A stretch of DNA of 64,000 nucleotides, taken from assembly GCF_006345805.1 (NCBI RefSeq), contig NC_043008.1:35092001-35156000 (forward strand). The letters run 5' to 3'. The position numbers and the translations under genes were made by a program. Positions 1 through 12,949 of this stretch are shown here, in pieces. The DNA is from Octopus sinensis. Its lineage: Eukaryota. The notes beneath the pieces were generated by a model, which had not been told where the DNA came from, searched no databases, and was given only the letters and a program-made list of their open reading frames with translations. Within the stretch, counting starts at the first letter, position 1. Each line of letters begins with the position of its first letter.

Positions 1-85
1 CCCAAGGTGCCATATAGTAGGACTGAACCCAGAACCATGTGGTTGAGAAGCTAACTTGAGAAGTATACCACACAGCTATACCTAC
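1..85 (-). mobile_element. tRNA-derived SINE family A, 5' head fragment (cut by window edge)
   Basis: Reverse complement of the head seen in full copies at 9005 and 20198 (gtgtggt...accacatggttc.gggttcagtcc.act...ggcaccttggg). Confidence 0.7.
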
Positions 86-399
86 ACATGCTGTATTTTT
101 TCCTCTTTGGAACGATATGATACATGAGTTGGTATTTGTGGTGTAGTAACATGACGAGACGCAAATGTCTGCTTACGTTCCACGTTTCCTGAAACGGCAT
201 TAACCTGCGAGACGCATTGGCCAAATGGACTAACACTGCTTCTCTCCCTTTTTTATGATCCTGTACATTTGTGTCGGCGTCCATTCATCTTCAACAGGTT
301 TGGCAAACATAATTATATTAGTTGTCACATTGCTATAACAATAAATGTGGTAGGTTTCGTTTTAAGTTCGATCGTACGAATATGTTGGTAGCAGAAACA

Positions 400-662
400 C
401 CGAACACATACATATATACATACATGCATACATGCATGCTTACATATGTATATACACACATAAGTACATACATGCAGCCATATATACAGCCATGCCTACA
501 AATATATATATACATACATGCATACATCCATGTATAAGTATATACATATATATGTATATGTAGATATATGTATATGTAAATATATATATTTATATATGTA
601 CATATATATACATGTATATGCAGACGTATACATCGACATACGAACATACATACATTTATATG

Positions 663-694
<32 letters not shown>

Positions 695-760
695 TGTATG
701 TATGTATGTATGTATGTATGTATGTATGTATGCATGTATGTATGTATGTATGTATGTATA

Positions 761-822
<62 letters not shown>

Positions 823-900
823 TATACATGCATACATACATATTTCTATATATATGTATGTACATATATAAATAACCGTGTGTATGTCTGTACATGAGGA
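400..900. repeat. Compound microsatellite (TATG)n/(TG)n/(TA)n
   Basis: Seen directly; explains the overlapping MYVC/YIYI ORFs. Confidence 0.95.
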
Positions 901-1485
901 TACGTGGTAACTAATATTCATAAACATATACGTAAAAGCAATTTTTCACAGTAAGTCTTAGAAACAAATAATAAACCATTTTAAAAAGTTTAAACGGGAG
1001 CAAACAGCATCGGTCGTCTGCGTGGTTGGCTCATTGTTTATTACACGGCGTTTCATTGAACGTATCGCAAGCATTAGAACTGAATTTTCTTTTTTATCCA
1101 CTTTGAAGTTCGCCAGATAATAAATCATTTGGTCATGTGGCTTTCATAATTAGTATACGAGTAAAACCAACGACCTAACACACATCAGAAAGAAAGTAAA
1201 TGAACGAATTATTTCGATATAATAATATATATTCCTAAGGTTTATTTATAATAGTAAAATTGCTTTCCGCTTGAGAGGACACGCGTGGTTATGACTGACT
1301 CAACTGAAACCAAATCAGAACAGACAAAGACGAAATTACGTTCTGTTACTACGTGAGACATGTTTTTATAGGGTTTATAAATCATAAATTGTTTTAGAGC
1401 ATATTCTTATACGGAACGAATTGTTATGTGGCAGGCTATAATATCCATCCATCCATTCATCCATCTATCTATCTATCTATCGATG

Positions 1486-1517
<32 letters not shown>

Positions 1518-1569
1518 TATACATATATATATATGTCTATTTATGTTGCTGATGTCATAAGAAGTTTAT

Positions 1570-1745
1570 AAATTTTTGAGAAGCCCATTCTATAAAGTTG
1601 TAGAGAATAGTATGTAAAGACTGGGTTGAAAAACTCGTGTGGGTTCCAATCCCAGGGGCAACTTACGACTTCTACCCAAAAGGTTTTTCAAAGCAATACG
1701 TTCATGCTATTCCTTCTAGCTTTATGTGAAGTGTTTCGAAATCCA
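1570..1745 (+). ncRNA. Degenerate HHR-like motif (U3:A8 core) in a diverged foldback
   Basis: ttgagaa (1576-1582), gccca...tgggtt, gaaa, aactc-gtgt-gggtt. 1681-1742 is a diverged inverted copy of 1575-1633. Stem I is weak. Confidence 0.35.
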
Positions 1746-1750
1746 GCATA

Positions 1751-1794
<44 letters not shown>

Positions 1795-1853
1795 ACACAC
1801 ACACTCGCGCTTGTTCCAAATTTCTGTGGATGTGTATAGAATAATATATTACT

Positions 1854-2976
1854 TGAATAAAGTGAGAACATGATCTGGTTTTCCCTTTTTTATTATGGTA
1901 TTTTAACATTAAAAAATATTTTGTAATGATCATAAAGTTCAATTAGCGCTTTCATATGTTCTTAGTAATCATCAGATTTCAAAATGTATTTAACTGACTG
2001 TTGAGTTCTTGACAGCTGTAGTACCTCTGAAAACGCTCCAAGAAGACCAATCTGCACGCAGCTTAAACGTCATGGTTGCCTGGCATACCGATATTTTGAT
2101 ATGTTAAAGATATTTTTTAATCCACATCTTTTACTCGCTGTTATATTATTGTTGCTCTTTCCGTTCAGAACAGGTTTGAACAGTTTAATAAACTGTTTTT
2201 CCTTTATCTTTCTTCCAACCTCATTTGTGTCAAGTTGTTTGCGGAAAGGAAGAATTAGAAACATTTTCTGATCACATGTTTCTATATGTTCGCTCAATGG
2301 AATTTGTCAAACGTTAGTGTTCCGGTTTTGTTGTCTGTGGACTAGTGAGCCTTCCGATAATGCATTCCCTGTCTTACTTATATATAGTTCCTTGCAATTC
2401 GGACATTTAATGCAGTAGATCAAATTTCTGCTTTTGTAGATTATATCAACATTTGCGAAACTCTGTCCATTTTTTGTTCTAGTGGATCTACCAGGAAGCA
2501 TGTATTGACACGTTCCACATCTGTCATCATTACACTTGGATACTGTGAATGTTTTATCCTGTTTGTTCATGTTGAATTTTGCCTTTGTAAATAGTTTCTT
2601 TAGGTTACGTGGTTGCCTTTTGCTTAAGATAAATGTTTGATTAGTTATGTTTTTTAAAAATTTTCACTTTGTTTTATGATTGGGAAATTTGTTTTAAATG
2701 ATGTTTAAAATGCTTTGGTGATGCGAATTGTGTATTACTAAAAATGATATTGTGTTCCATCATTTTCGTGTTGCCCTAAGCTGTTATACAAGTATCTCGT
2801 TTGCTCGTTGCATTCTATTTTCTTTAAGTAGGAGAGGGTAATTTTGCTTGAGCAGAAATCCTTTGAGTTCTATAAGTCTTATAATTGAACTTTATGAACA
2901 TTACAAAATATTTTTTTAATGTCAAAATACCATAATAAAAATCGCGAAAAACCTGAACATGTTTTAACTTTATTCA
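1854..2976 (-). mobile_element. 5'-truncated Penelope-like element (RT C-terminal remnant, GIY-YIG endonuclease, 3' pLTR) with inverted 5' pLTR segment
   Basis: Minus-strand KCNDDRCGTC...NLIYCIKCPNCKELYISKTGN...H, then SEHIETC...KEKQFIKLFKPVLN, matching the PLE Cys linker plus GIY-YIG. 1854-1945 and 2882-2976 are inverted repeats. Confidence 0.85.
1939..1980 (-). ncRNA. Minimal type I hammerhead ribozyme motif in PLE 3' pLTR
   Basis: Minus strand aat-CTGATGA-ttactaagaacatat-GAAA-gcgc-TA|att: intact core, palindromic AGCGCT stem III, 3-bp stem I, weak stem II. Confidence 0.65.
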
Positions 2977-2996
2977 CCTTATGTATATATATATAT

Positions 2997-3203
2997 AAAG
3001 TTAATCCAAACAGAAAAACACAAAGAGAAAACGCGAGGACGTGGAACAAATATAGTATTATTGGACGCTCAGGAAGGGAAGAAGGAGGGTTTAACGTTTC
3101 GAGCGGAGCTCTTCGTCAGAAACATAGGAAAAGGAAAGATCCAGAGAAGGGAAGACGGAGGGAAAAAAAATCGCCAACGGTACACACGCGGTCACATTTT
3201 GAA
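2997..3203 (-). mobile_element. ~205 bp HHR-bearing pLTR-like cassette between (TA)n tracts (same family at 42495-42765 and 62473-62680)
   Basis: Near-identical to 62473-62680 and homologous to 42495-42765 in the opposite orientation; contains HHR 3057-3126. Confidence 0.75.
3057..3126 (-). ncRNA. Type I hammerhead ribozyme motif
   Basis: Minus strand tgttt-CTGACGA-a-GAGC tcc GCTC-GAA-ACGTT..23 nt..AGCGT-C|caata: intact core with extra A, 4-bp stem II, 5-bp stem III, GUC triplet. Stem I has 4 bp after a Y-Y mismatch. Confidence 0.7.
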
Positions 3204-3245
3204 TATATATATATACATGTATATATATATATGCACACACACACG

Positions 3246-3283
<38 letters not shown>

Positions 3284-3309
3284 CATATATATATATATAT
3301 ATGTATATG

Positions 3310-3353
<44 letters not shown>

Positions 3354-3387
3354 CATATATATATACATACATACATACATACATACA

Positions 3388-3450
<63 letters not shown>
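3204..3450. repeat. (TA)n/(TACA)n microsatellite
   Basis: Seen directly. Confidence 0.95.
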
Positions 3451-3452
<2 letters not shown>

Positions 3453-3481
3453 CAAAGTTATTTTATTCCACACGGGTGGAA

Positions 3482-3956
3482 ATATAAGAAAAGTAGAAGT
3501 TGAAAATGTATTGAGAATGGTTAAAATATTTTTTAGTATTATATTTAAAGATTTAACCGGTTTCACAGTAGTTTACGCTGGTTTTCAAAAATTTTAAATA
3601 GAAAAACGTGGCTTATGCCGCAGTTGTTTTGCTTCCGACTAGTGATTGAAGCTTGCCCAATCTTTATAGGGAGTTCAAGGGTCAAATATATATATATGTT
3701 TTGAATAGGGTTGATTGGTAGAGGATAGTCACATGACTGGTCTTAGGAATTTTTGAAAGATTTCCGCTACATCCGTGTGTAACAATCAATGCTCTGAATG
3801 TTTTCTGTGAAGTGTTTGTAGACAATGAAAATGTGATTAAGTTCAGAACCGTCTGTACGTTTCCCGCTACGTCAGTGAAATAATAAAAAGGGTTATATAA
3901 TAACAAAAATATTCTAACTATTCTCAGTGCATTTTCAACTTCTGCTTTTCCTATAT
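3482..3956 (-). mobile_element. Probable PLE remnant with ~63 bp inverted ends and an HHR motif
   Basis: 3482-3544 and 3894-3956 are inverted repeats; HHR-like motif at 3549-3596; bounded by (TA)n. The internal coding signal is too degraded to name. Confidence 0.5.
3549..3596 (-). ncRNA. Minimal HHR motif, U3:A8 core variant
   Basis: Minus strand attt-TTGAAAA-c cag...ctg t-GAAA-ccgg-TT|aaat: palindromic ACCGGT stem III and 4-bp stem I. Confidence 0.55.
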
Positions 3957-3977
3957 AATATATATAATATATATAAT

Positions 3978-4274
3978 TACAATTAATAAGAGGAATGACC
4001 ACTAAAGTGGATTCCTATACACTAGAAATAGACGTCAAATCGCCTTACCACAAAGAGTGTGTTCTCAAGAAAAACAAAAACCCAGCAAACGCCAAAATGT
4101 AAAAAATTAGCAAGGCAAATAAAAATTTGAATTCTTCATTTGCCTTGCTTATTTTTTACATTATGGCGTTTGCTTTTTTTTTCTTGAGAACACACTCTTT
4201 GTGGTAAGGCGATTTGACGTCTATTTCTAGTGTATAGGAAACCACTTTAGTGGTCATTCCTCTTATTAATTGTA
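3978..4274. repeat. ~300 bp near-perfect palindrome with an HHR-like motif in the arms
   Basis: Arms of ~143 bp around a spacer near 4122-4138. Plus arm: TTGAGAA (4184-4190)...acact/agtgt...GAAACCAC ttta GTGGTC (4238-4255). Stem I does not pair. Confidence 0.85.
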
Positions 4275-4387
4275 CTATAATTTTTAAATCTTCGGATTCT
4301 TTTGATATAGTAGACCACTGGTTTAAATCGATATTAATTGATTGATATCAATTTCTACCCTCAGTATTTTAATATGTATATATATAG

Positions 4388-4504
4388 GGAGAATTCACAA
4401 AAATACAAAAGACGAAGACAGGAGTGTAGACAACAAACAGATGTATTAGTATAACGCTCGGGAAGTGAAAAAGTCTTTAACGTTTCGAGCCTACGCTCTT
4501 CCAC
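4388..4504 (-). mobile_element. Truncated HHR-bearing pLTR-like cassette
   Basis: Minus strand gaa-GAGC gtag GCTC-GAAACGTT...AGCGTTA: same layout as 3057-3126, but the CUGA half of the core is lost at the junction. Confidence 0.55.
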
Positions 4505-4513
4505 TTTTGCCTC

Positions 4514-4566
4514 TCAAAAATGATAAAGAAGATAAATATATATCTATATCTTCTTTATCATTTTTA
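4514..4566. repeat. Short hairpin/inverted repeat
   Basis: aaaaatgataaagaagata ... tatcttctttatcattttt. Confidence 0.8.
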
Positions 4567-5144
4567 GTTGACAAAAGGTTACGAAAGTAATTCGAGAATT
4601 GAGAGTTTCGTGGGAGACAATATGAAACTCAGTTACTGAACCATTTTGGTAACTTATCGCCGATTTGAAATAACAATAAGATCTCTCTATAAATATATAT
4701 AGGTCAGGCAATCGTAGTAAGGACAGTTTAGGTTTATTAGGACCAGCTGTTACAATTCTCATCTCTTAGAAGATGTTTCTGGGGAGACGTGTGTCGTAAC
4801 ATCTGGCTGAGTGAGGAGAAGCAGTAAACACCAAGTGTGTGTGTGTGCGCGCGCGCGTGTATTAAATATAATTCTCGAGTAAAAATTCAACAAGACGGCA
4901 ATTCAATTAAGCGCTCATTGTATTGAATATGTAGAGAGTATATTGTCTAACGAAAAACATATATGTGTATACATATACTCTTTTACTTGCTTCAGTCATT
5001 TGAATGTGGCCATGCTGGAGCACCGTATATGTATATATATATGTGTGTATGTATGTATGTATGTATGTATCTATGGATCTACGTTTGTATGTATGTATGC
5101 ATTTATGTATGTATGCATGTATGTATGTATGTATGTATGTATGC

Positions 5145-5176
<32 letters not shown>

Positions 5177-5199
5177 GATATCTAACATCTAACAATATA

Positions 5200-5432
5200 T
5201 ATTTCTTTACTACCCACAAGGGACTAAACACAGAGGAGACAAACAAGGACAGACAAAGGGATTAAGTCGATTACATCGACACCAGTGCGTAACTGGTACT
5301 TAATTTATCGACCCCGGAAGGATGAAAGGCAAAGTCGACCTCGGCGGAATTTGAACTCGGAACGTAACGGCAGACGAAATACGGCAACGCATTTCGCCCG
5401 GCGTGCTAACGTTTCTGCCAGCTCACCTCCTA
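5200..5432 (-). mobile_element. tRNA-derived SINE family B (Meta-domain type), near full length
   Basis: Minus strand g.tgagctggcagaaacgttagcacgccggg (A box), gagttcaaattcc (B box), gtcgactttgcctttcatccttccggggtcgataaattaagtaccag (Meta-like domain). Confidence 0.85.
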
Positions 5433-5909
5433 ACAATATATGTACACACGCACGGCGCGCGTGCACGATTATGTGTGAGTAATTTTTTTTATTCATCGAA
5501 TCCGTAACTTCAGACATTAATTTCATGCTAACCAGACAGTTCTGTGCTGGTGTGAAAAACGATTTCTTTGGATGAAGAGATGCATACCTACACACATACA
5601 TGTGCGCGCCTGCGCACGTGTGTGTGTGAGTATGCGTGTGTGTGTATGGCAACAAGTTGTAAAATAGGAATGAGCAATCAATGACAAATGCATGACTGAA
5701 CACTGTTTAATTTATGGCCTACACTAGACTGAACCCATAACGAATACAACATGGAGATTAATAACCTCGGCCAGGTCCCATTTTTTTTTTTTTTTTGTTT
5801 TTGTTTTTGTTATTGTAACACACACAGAGAAGCGGAGCGGAACATTCTTGTAGAGAAATCTATTGAGGGACATTGAAATTTATGCATGAATGATCTCGTG
5901 TGGAATTTT

Positions 5910-6009
5910 NNNNNNNNNNNNNNNNNNNNNNNNNNNNNNNNNNNNNNNNNNNNNNNNNNNNNNNNNNNNNNNNNNNNNNNNNNNNNNNNNNNNNNNNNNN
6001 NNNNNNNNN
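5910..6009. other. Assembly gap (100 N)
   Basis: Run of exactly 100 N, a typical placeholder scaffold join. Confidence 0.99.
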
Positions 6010-6107
6010 GTGAGGAGAGAGAAAAGAGGAGGAAAAGTAGGCAACAGAGAGAAGGGAGGGCAGAGACTGCAAGGAATGTACATATAGAAAGAGAAGAAAG
6101 TGAAATA

Positions 6108-6147
<40 letters not shown>

Positions 6148-6619
6148 ACAAACGTCAGAGAATGGGGGGGGGAAAGGTGAGTAAGAGAGAAAGGAAGAGA
6201 GAGAAATGACAGACACGTCCAAGGCAGGCCCTGCATTGATGTATTGAGAATACATTGCAACGGAGAGTGGGTGGGTGGGTGATTGGTGTGTTCTGTCAAC
6301 TGTGTAACACAGATCGATTTTAAGAGACTGAGAAAGACGAGTTCCAACAGCCATGAAGGCAGTCATGTGACCATCAGAAGGAATGCCAAGCCACCTGTCA
6401 TGTGATTATGATAGTTGTTTTACTGTTGGAACTTGTGAGAACAGAGCTTGTTGTTGTTTTGCTGGTTGTGTAGATGCTTCCGCGCGCGCAAGCTGTTGTA
6501 TAATGGATGTGCATTTGATGATTGGGTCGGGAGCGCGAATTGTTGTAAAACTGTTGTTATGTCGCTGTTGTATAGCCAGTGGTATGAAGCTGGTGTCGTT
6601 GTGGAGCTGTTGTGCAGAC

Positions 6620-6995
6620 GTTGCTATGTAACTGTCGTTATAATGCCGTTGTTGTGCCGTTGTTGTGTAGCTGTTGTTATGTAGTCGTTGTGAAGCTAAG
6701 GTTATGCAGATATCGCTGCATAGCCATTGTTGCATAGCGTTGTTGTGTACCCTTTGTGTTGCTGTTGTGTAGCTGTTGTTATATAGCTAGTGTTGTGTAG
6801 TTATGTTGCGATGTAACTGTCGTTTTAATACCGTTGTTGTGCCGTTGTTGTGTAGCTGTTGTTATGTAGTCGTTATGCAGCTAAGGTTATGCAGATATCG
6901 CTGTATAGCCATTGTTGCATAGCGTTGTTGTGTACCCTTTGTGTTGCTGTTGTTATATAGCTAGTGTTTTGTAGTTATGTTGCTATGTAACTGTT
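6620..6995. repeat. Tandem duplication (~185 and ~173 bp units) in TGT-rich low-complexity DNA
   Basis: gttgc.atgtaactgt starts recur near 6620, 6806 and 6979 with near-identical intervening sequence. Confidence 0.85.
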
Positions 6996-7393
6996 GGTAG
7001 ATAGCCATTGCTATGTTCTTTTGGGTCTAGTGTTGTGTGGCTACTGTTATGTTATTTTTGTTGCATAGCTGTTGTCCCAGTATTATTGTGGGGTTAATAC
7101 TGTAGAGGTGTTGTTATGCAGCAGTTGTATTGATGCTATGTTGTTATGTATCTGTTAGGTTGTTGAGTAGCCCGTGGCATGTTGATGTCAGTTTAGAGTT
7201 GTTAAGTTGCTGGTGTTGTTAAGCTCTTGTAGCTGGGTTTGAAGTTAAGAAGCTCGCTTTACAATCACGTGATTTCGGGTTCACCCCCACTGCGCAGTAC
7301 ATTGCACAGATGTCTTTTACTATAGCCCGAGACCGACCAATATTTTGAAATTGAGTGAATTTTATAGACGGAAACTGTGGTGAAACCTGTCAA

Positions 7394-7484
<91 letters not shown>

Positions 7485-7590
7485 AATCTGTCTGTCTGTC
7501 TGTCTATCTGTCTGTATGTCTGTCTGTCTGTCTGTCTGTTTGCTTGTCTGTTTGTCTATCTGTCTATCTGTCTGTCCGTTCGCCCGTCCA

Positions 7591-7637
<47 letters not shown>

Positions 7638-7700
7638 CTCTCTCTCTCTATCTCTCTATCTATCTATCTATCTGTCTCTGTCTGTCTGTCCCTCCATCTG

Positions 7701-7777
<77 letters not shown>

Positions 7778-7900
7778 GTCTGTCTGCCTGTCTGCCTGTC
7801 TGTCAGTCTGTCTGTCTGTCTGTCTGCCTGCCTGTCTGTCTGCCTGCCTGTCTGTCTGTCTGTGTACCTATCTGTCTGTCTATCTGTCCGTCTATCTTTC
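7394..7900. repeat. (TCTA)n/(TCTG)n compound microsatellite
   Basis: Seen directly; preceded by a degenerate SINE A head (7235-7380). Confidence 0.95.
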
Positions 7901-8227
7901 TCTTAGGCATTAGTGATGTCTAGTGTTAAAACTTACTCTACATATGTTTCAAAATGAAGCGTCAGTCGAGTACAGAGCGGTAATAAGGAATTAGATTGAC
8001 GATGGAATGAAGTTCATAAAAGTCTAATTTCTTACACACACACACACACACACACACTCTGACGATGACAGAAGTGATTGGACCCATAGAACAGCCACAC
8101 AATAAGTTTAAGCAAAACAGCTAAAAACATATAAAACCCGAACAAACAAACTGTTGAGCGTTCCTATTAAAAGAAGAGCCTTCGACGACCCTAAAATTTT
8201 CGACTGCTTTTTTTGCCTGAGTGAGAC

Positions 8228-8387
8228 ATGGCAGACGCGCTTATGGGTTATAAGTTTGGTTACCAACTACATGGTTTCGGGTTCAGTCCCACTGCTGGCA
8301 TCTTGGCCGGATGTTTTCTACTTTAGTCCCAGACCGACCAAGTCTTGTCAGTAGATTCGGTAGACGGAAACTGAAAGAAGCCTGTCG

Positions 8388-8435
<48 letters not shown>

Positions 8436-8665
8436 CGTGAGTGTGTGTTTGAGCCCGCACGTGTGCTTTTGTGTTTGTTCCTCATCACCGTTTGATAACC
8501 GGTGTTGGTTTGTTAACCTAGCGCTTCCAGCAAAAAGGATCGATAGAATAAGTACCAGTCTTTAAAATAAATACTACGGTAGATTCGTTTGGCCTAAAAA
8601 CTCTTCAAATCTGTGCCCTAGCATGGCCGCAGTCTAATGACTAAAACATGTACAAGTTAAAAAAT
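8228..8665 (+). mobile_element. SINE family A, diverged full copy with internal (TA)(TG) tract
   Basis: Head, gtagacggaaactgaaagaagcc core and 3' gcatggccgcagtctaatgactaaa tail. Confidence 0.8.
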
Positions 8666-9004
8666 AAACGAGAATATCTGTGGCACTTTGGCATTGGATT
8701 ATTTTGTAGTGGTTGACATGCTTGGATCTTGAACATATCGATCTTGTTAAAGCAACACAAGTGTTTCTGAATCTGAAAGAACTTGGATAAGATCGAAGAC
8801 TTACTTCTTCAGTGCCGCAGACATGGCAGCGTTCAAGGCGCGCCAATAGCTGTGTCGTTGGGAAGTTCGCTTGGCAACTAAGCGGTTTCGAGCTGAATCC
8901 TACTGACTAGCACCTTGGGCGAATGTCTTCTACTATTGTCCCCTGACCGACCGATTGATGCAATGTGAGTGAGTGTGGTAGATAGAAACTGCAGGAATAC
9001 CATA

Positions 9005-9388
9005 GGAGTGGCTGTGTGGTAAGTAGCTTGCTTACGAACCACATGGTTCCGGGTTCAGTCCCACTGCGTGGTACCTCTACTATAGACTCGGGCCGACCAA
9101 AGCCTTGTGAGTGGATTTGGCAGGCGGAAACTGAAAGAAGCCCGTCGTATATATGTATATGTATGTTTGTGTGTCTGTGTTTGTCCCCACATTATTGCTT
9201 GACAACCGATGCTGGTGTGTTTACATCCCCGTAACTTAGCGGTTCGGCAAAAAGATACCGATAGAATAGGTACTAGGCTTCAAAAAGAATAAGTCCTGGG
9301 GTCGATTTGCTTGACTAAAGGCGGTGCTCCAGTATGGCCACAGTCAAATGACTGAAACATGTAAAAGAGTAAAAAAAGTAAAAGAGTA
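9005..9388 (+). mobile_element. SINE family A, full copy
   Basis: ggagtggctgtgtggtaag (A box), gggttcagtccc (B box), conserved body and gtaaaaga tail. A degenerate head lies at 8845-9000 and a tail fragment at 9810-10005. Confidence 0.9.
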
Positions 9389-9660
9389 ATGTCTTTGTGC
9401 AAATATGTATGAGTGATGTGTGTGTACGCATATGTGTCTATCCCACGCCCTCTGTCTGTCTCCTCCTCCTCCTCCTCCACACCTCTCCCTCCTACCCCTC
9501 CCCCTCCTCTCTCTCTCCGCATATATATAGTAGAATTAGAAATAGAAAGGAACGGTTTTGATTTATAAACATCTAAATTATTAAAATGAAAAAATTATCC
9601 AAAAAGCAATTCCTATTAATTTTTTTCAAATATGTTTGTGTGATTGTTTGTGTGACTGTT

Positions 9661-9741
<81 letters not shown>

Positions 9742-9750
9742 AGAGAGAGA

Positions 9751-9801
<51 letters not shown>

Positions 9802-9812
9802 AAGAGAGAGAC
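9661..9812. repeat. (GA)n microsatellite
   Basis: Seen directly. Confidence 0.95.
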
Positions 9813-10769
9813 TGTGTTTGTGTATGTTCATACCCCCAGCCAGTCTTGACATCCGCTGTTGGCTTGTTTACGTCCCCGAAACTTAGGTGTTCAGCAAAAG
9901 ATACTGATGGAATAACTACCAGACTTAAAAATAAACAGTGGGGTGATCCAGCATGGCCGTTGTACAATGACTGAAGCAAGTAAAGCAGTAAACGCTTAAA
10001 AGAGTATGAAAGAATTCCCTGCAAACCCCCATTCCTCATTTGGCTGTTTGTCTTTTCATTACTCTCTGGAGAGCGATCGTTACATTCGATGTTTCTTATG
10101 GAAGTGTAGGTGAAAAGTAAACGTAACAAGTGTTATTGAAGAACATGCGAGATCCCCTTCATTTCAAGCAAACGCTTCAGTTAGCTTTACAGCTATCACA
10201 GATTGATCGTCAAAGCGAAACGTGTTTCATAAAATACACTCACATTTACACCACACCCTGCCATTCTTTCAGATAACGGTACTTCAGTCTATCTGATTAT
10301 CAGTGTATATCTAAATAACAGATACCGGAATAAACCTCATGAGGCACTTACACATTGGTTAGCAGCATTAAATTTATGTGTTAGTCGCAAACTAATTCTT
10401 CCTTTAAAAAAAAAAAGACAAGATTATAAATAGCAGTTTCATTACTTTTACTTTCATACGAAGTGCTTACCTATTATTTTTACTGATCCGTTTTCATTTA
10501 GATTAATTAATTTCGTAACCTGGTTGCTTTAAGAGTTCTATGTAGAGCGACCAGATAAGCAAAAAAAAAAAATGGCGACGATGCTTGAGATGTGTTGTTC
10601 TTAATAAGATTATAATTTTTCCCTCTATTAAACTCATTTCTAGAGATGAATGAGTTTATTTTTATAAGATTCACCTTTAAATTTACTTTTATATTGGGAA
10701 CTAAACTGTGAGGGAGTTGTAGGGGGTTGGAGATGTAGGATTGGAGTTGTAGGGTTTTGAGTTGTCGGT

Positions 10770-11199
10770 GTGCCCAAAGGGGTTTGAGGGAAGAAATCGA
10801 CCCGAGTGCAAGGCCTTAAAGTTTGCAAGAAGGCGCAACTCGATTACATTGATCCCAGTATTAAAGTGGTACTTAATTTATCGACTACGAAAGGACGAAA
10901 GGCAAAGTCGAGCACTATGGAATTTGAACTCGGAACGTAAAGCCGGAAGAAATGTTACTAAGCATTTTCTCCGGCACAGTAGCGATCCATCCAGTTTGCA
11001 GTTTCGGTATCGATCGATTCAGTCACTTTAGTAGTAGTAGTAGTAGCAGCAGCAGCAGCAGTAGTTGTAGTAGTAGTAGTAGTAGTAGTAGTAGTGTAGT
11101 AGTAGTAGTAGAAACAATAATCCTTTCTACTCTAGGCACAGTGCCTGAAATTTTGCGGGGAGGGAGCTGTTAGATTACATCGATGCCAGTGCACAACTT

Positions 11200-11200
<1 letters not shown>
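10770..11200 (-). mobile_element. SINE family B copy plus 3' fragment, separated by (TAG)n
   Basis: gaaaggcaaagtcga...gaatttgaactc; second tail cctttctact.taggcac at 11121. Confidence 0.7.
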
Positions 11201-12890
<1,690 letters not shown>

Positions 12891-12949
12891 AAAGCCTTTC
12901 CTTGTTTTAATTATTTGAACGATATCTAAAAAGACGACTGGTTTCCAAA

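Noticed and set aside
100-385. Possible minus-strand GIY-YIG-like remnant (similar hints at 4560-4760, 18700-18800, 37860-38140 and 58960-59130)
   Set aside because: Only vague residue patterns and no intact motif I can defend.
5910-6009. ORFs and adjacency spanning the N run
   Set aside because: Scaffolding gap; true distance and continuity are unknown.
6400-7220. Regularly repeated TGT-rich units resembling an array or a Cys/Gln-rich ORF
   Set aside because: Low-complexity DNA with a local duplication; no constant repeat/unique spacer structure, and the eukaryotic context excludes CRISPR.
9005-9080. tRNA-like A and B boxes (also in other SINE heads)
   Set aside because: SINE heads continuing into SINE bodies; no complete cloverleaf.
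10562-10604. AAAATGGCG (YY1/Kozak-like start)
   Set aside because: The frame closes after 10 codons and there is no convincing splice donor or promoter context.
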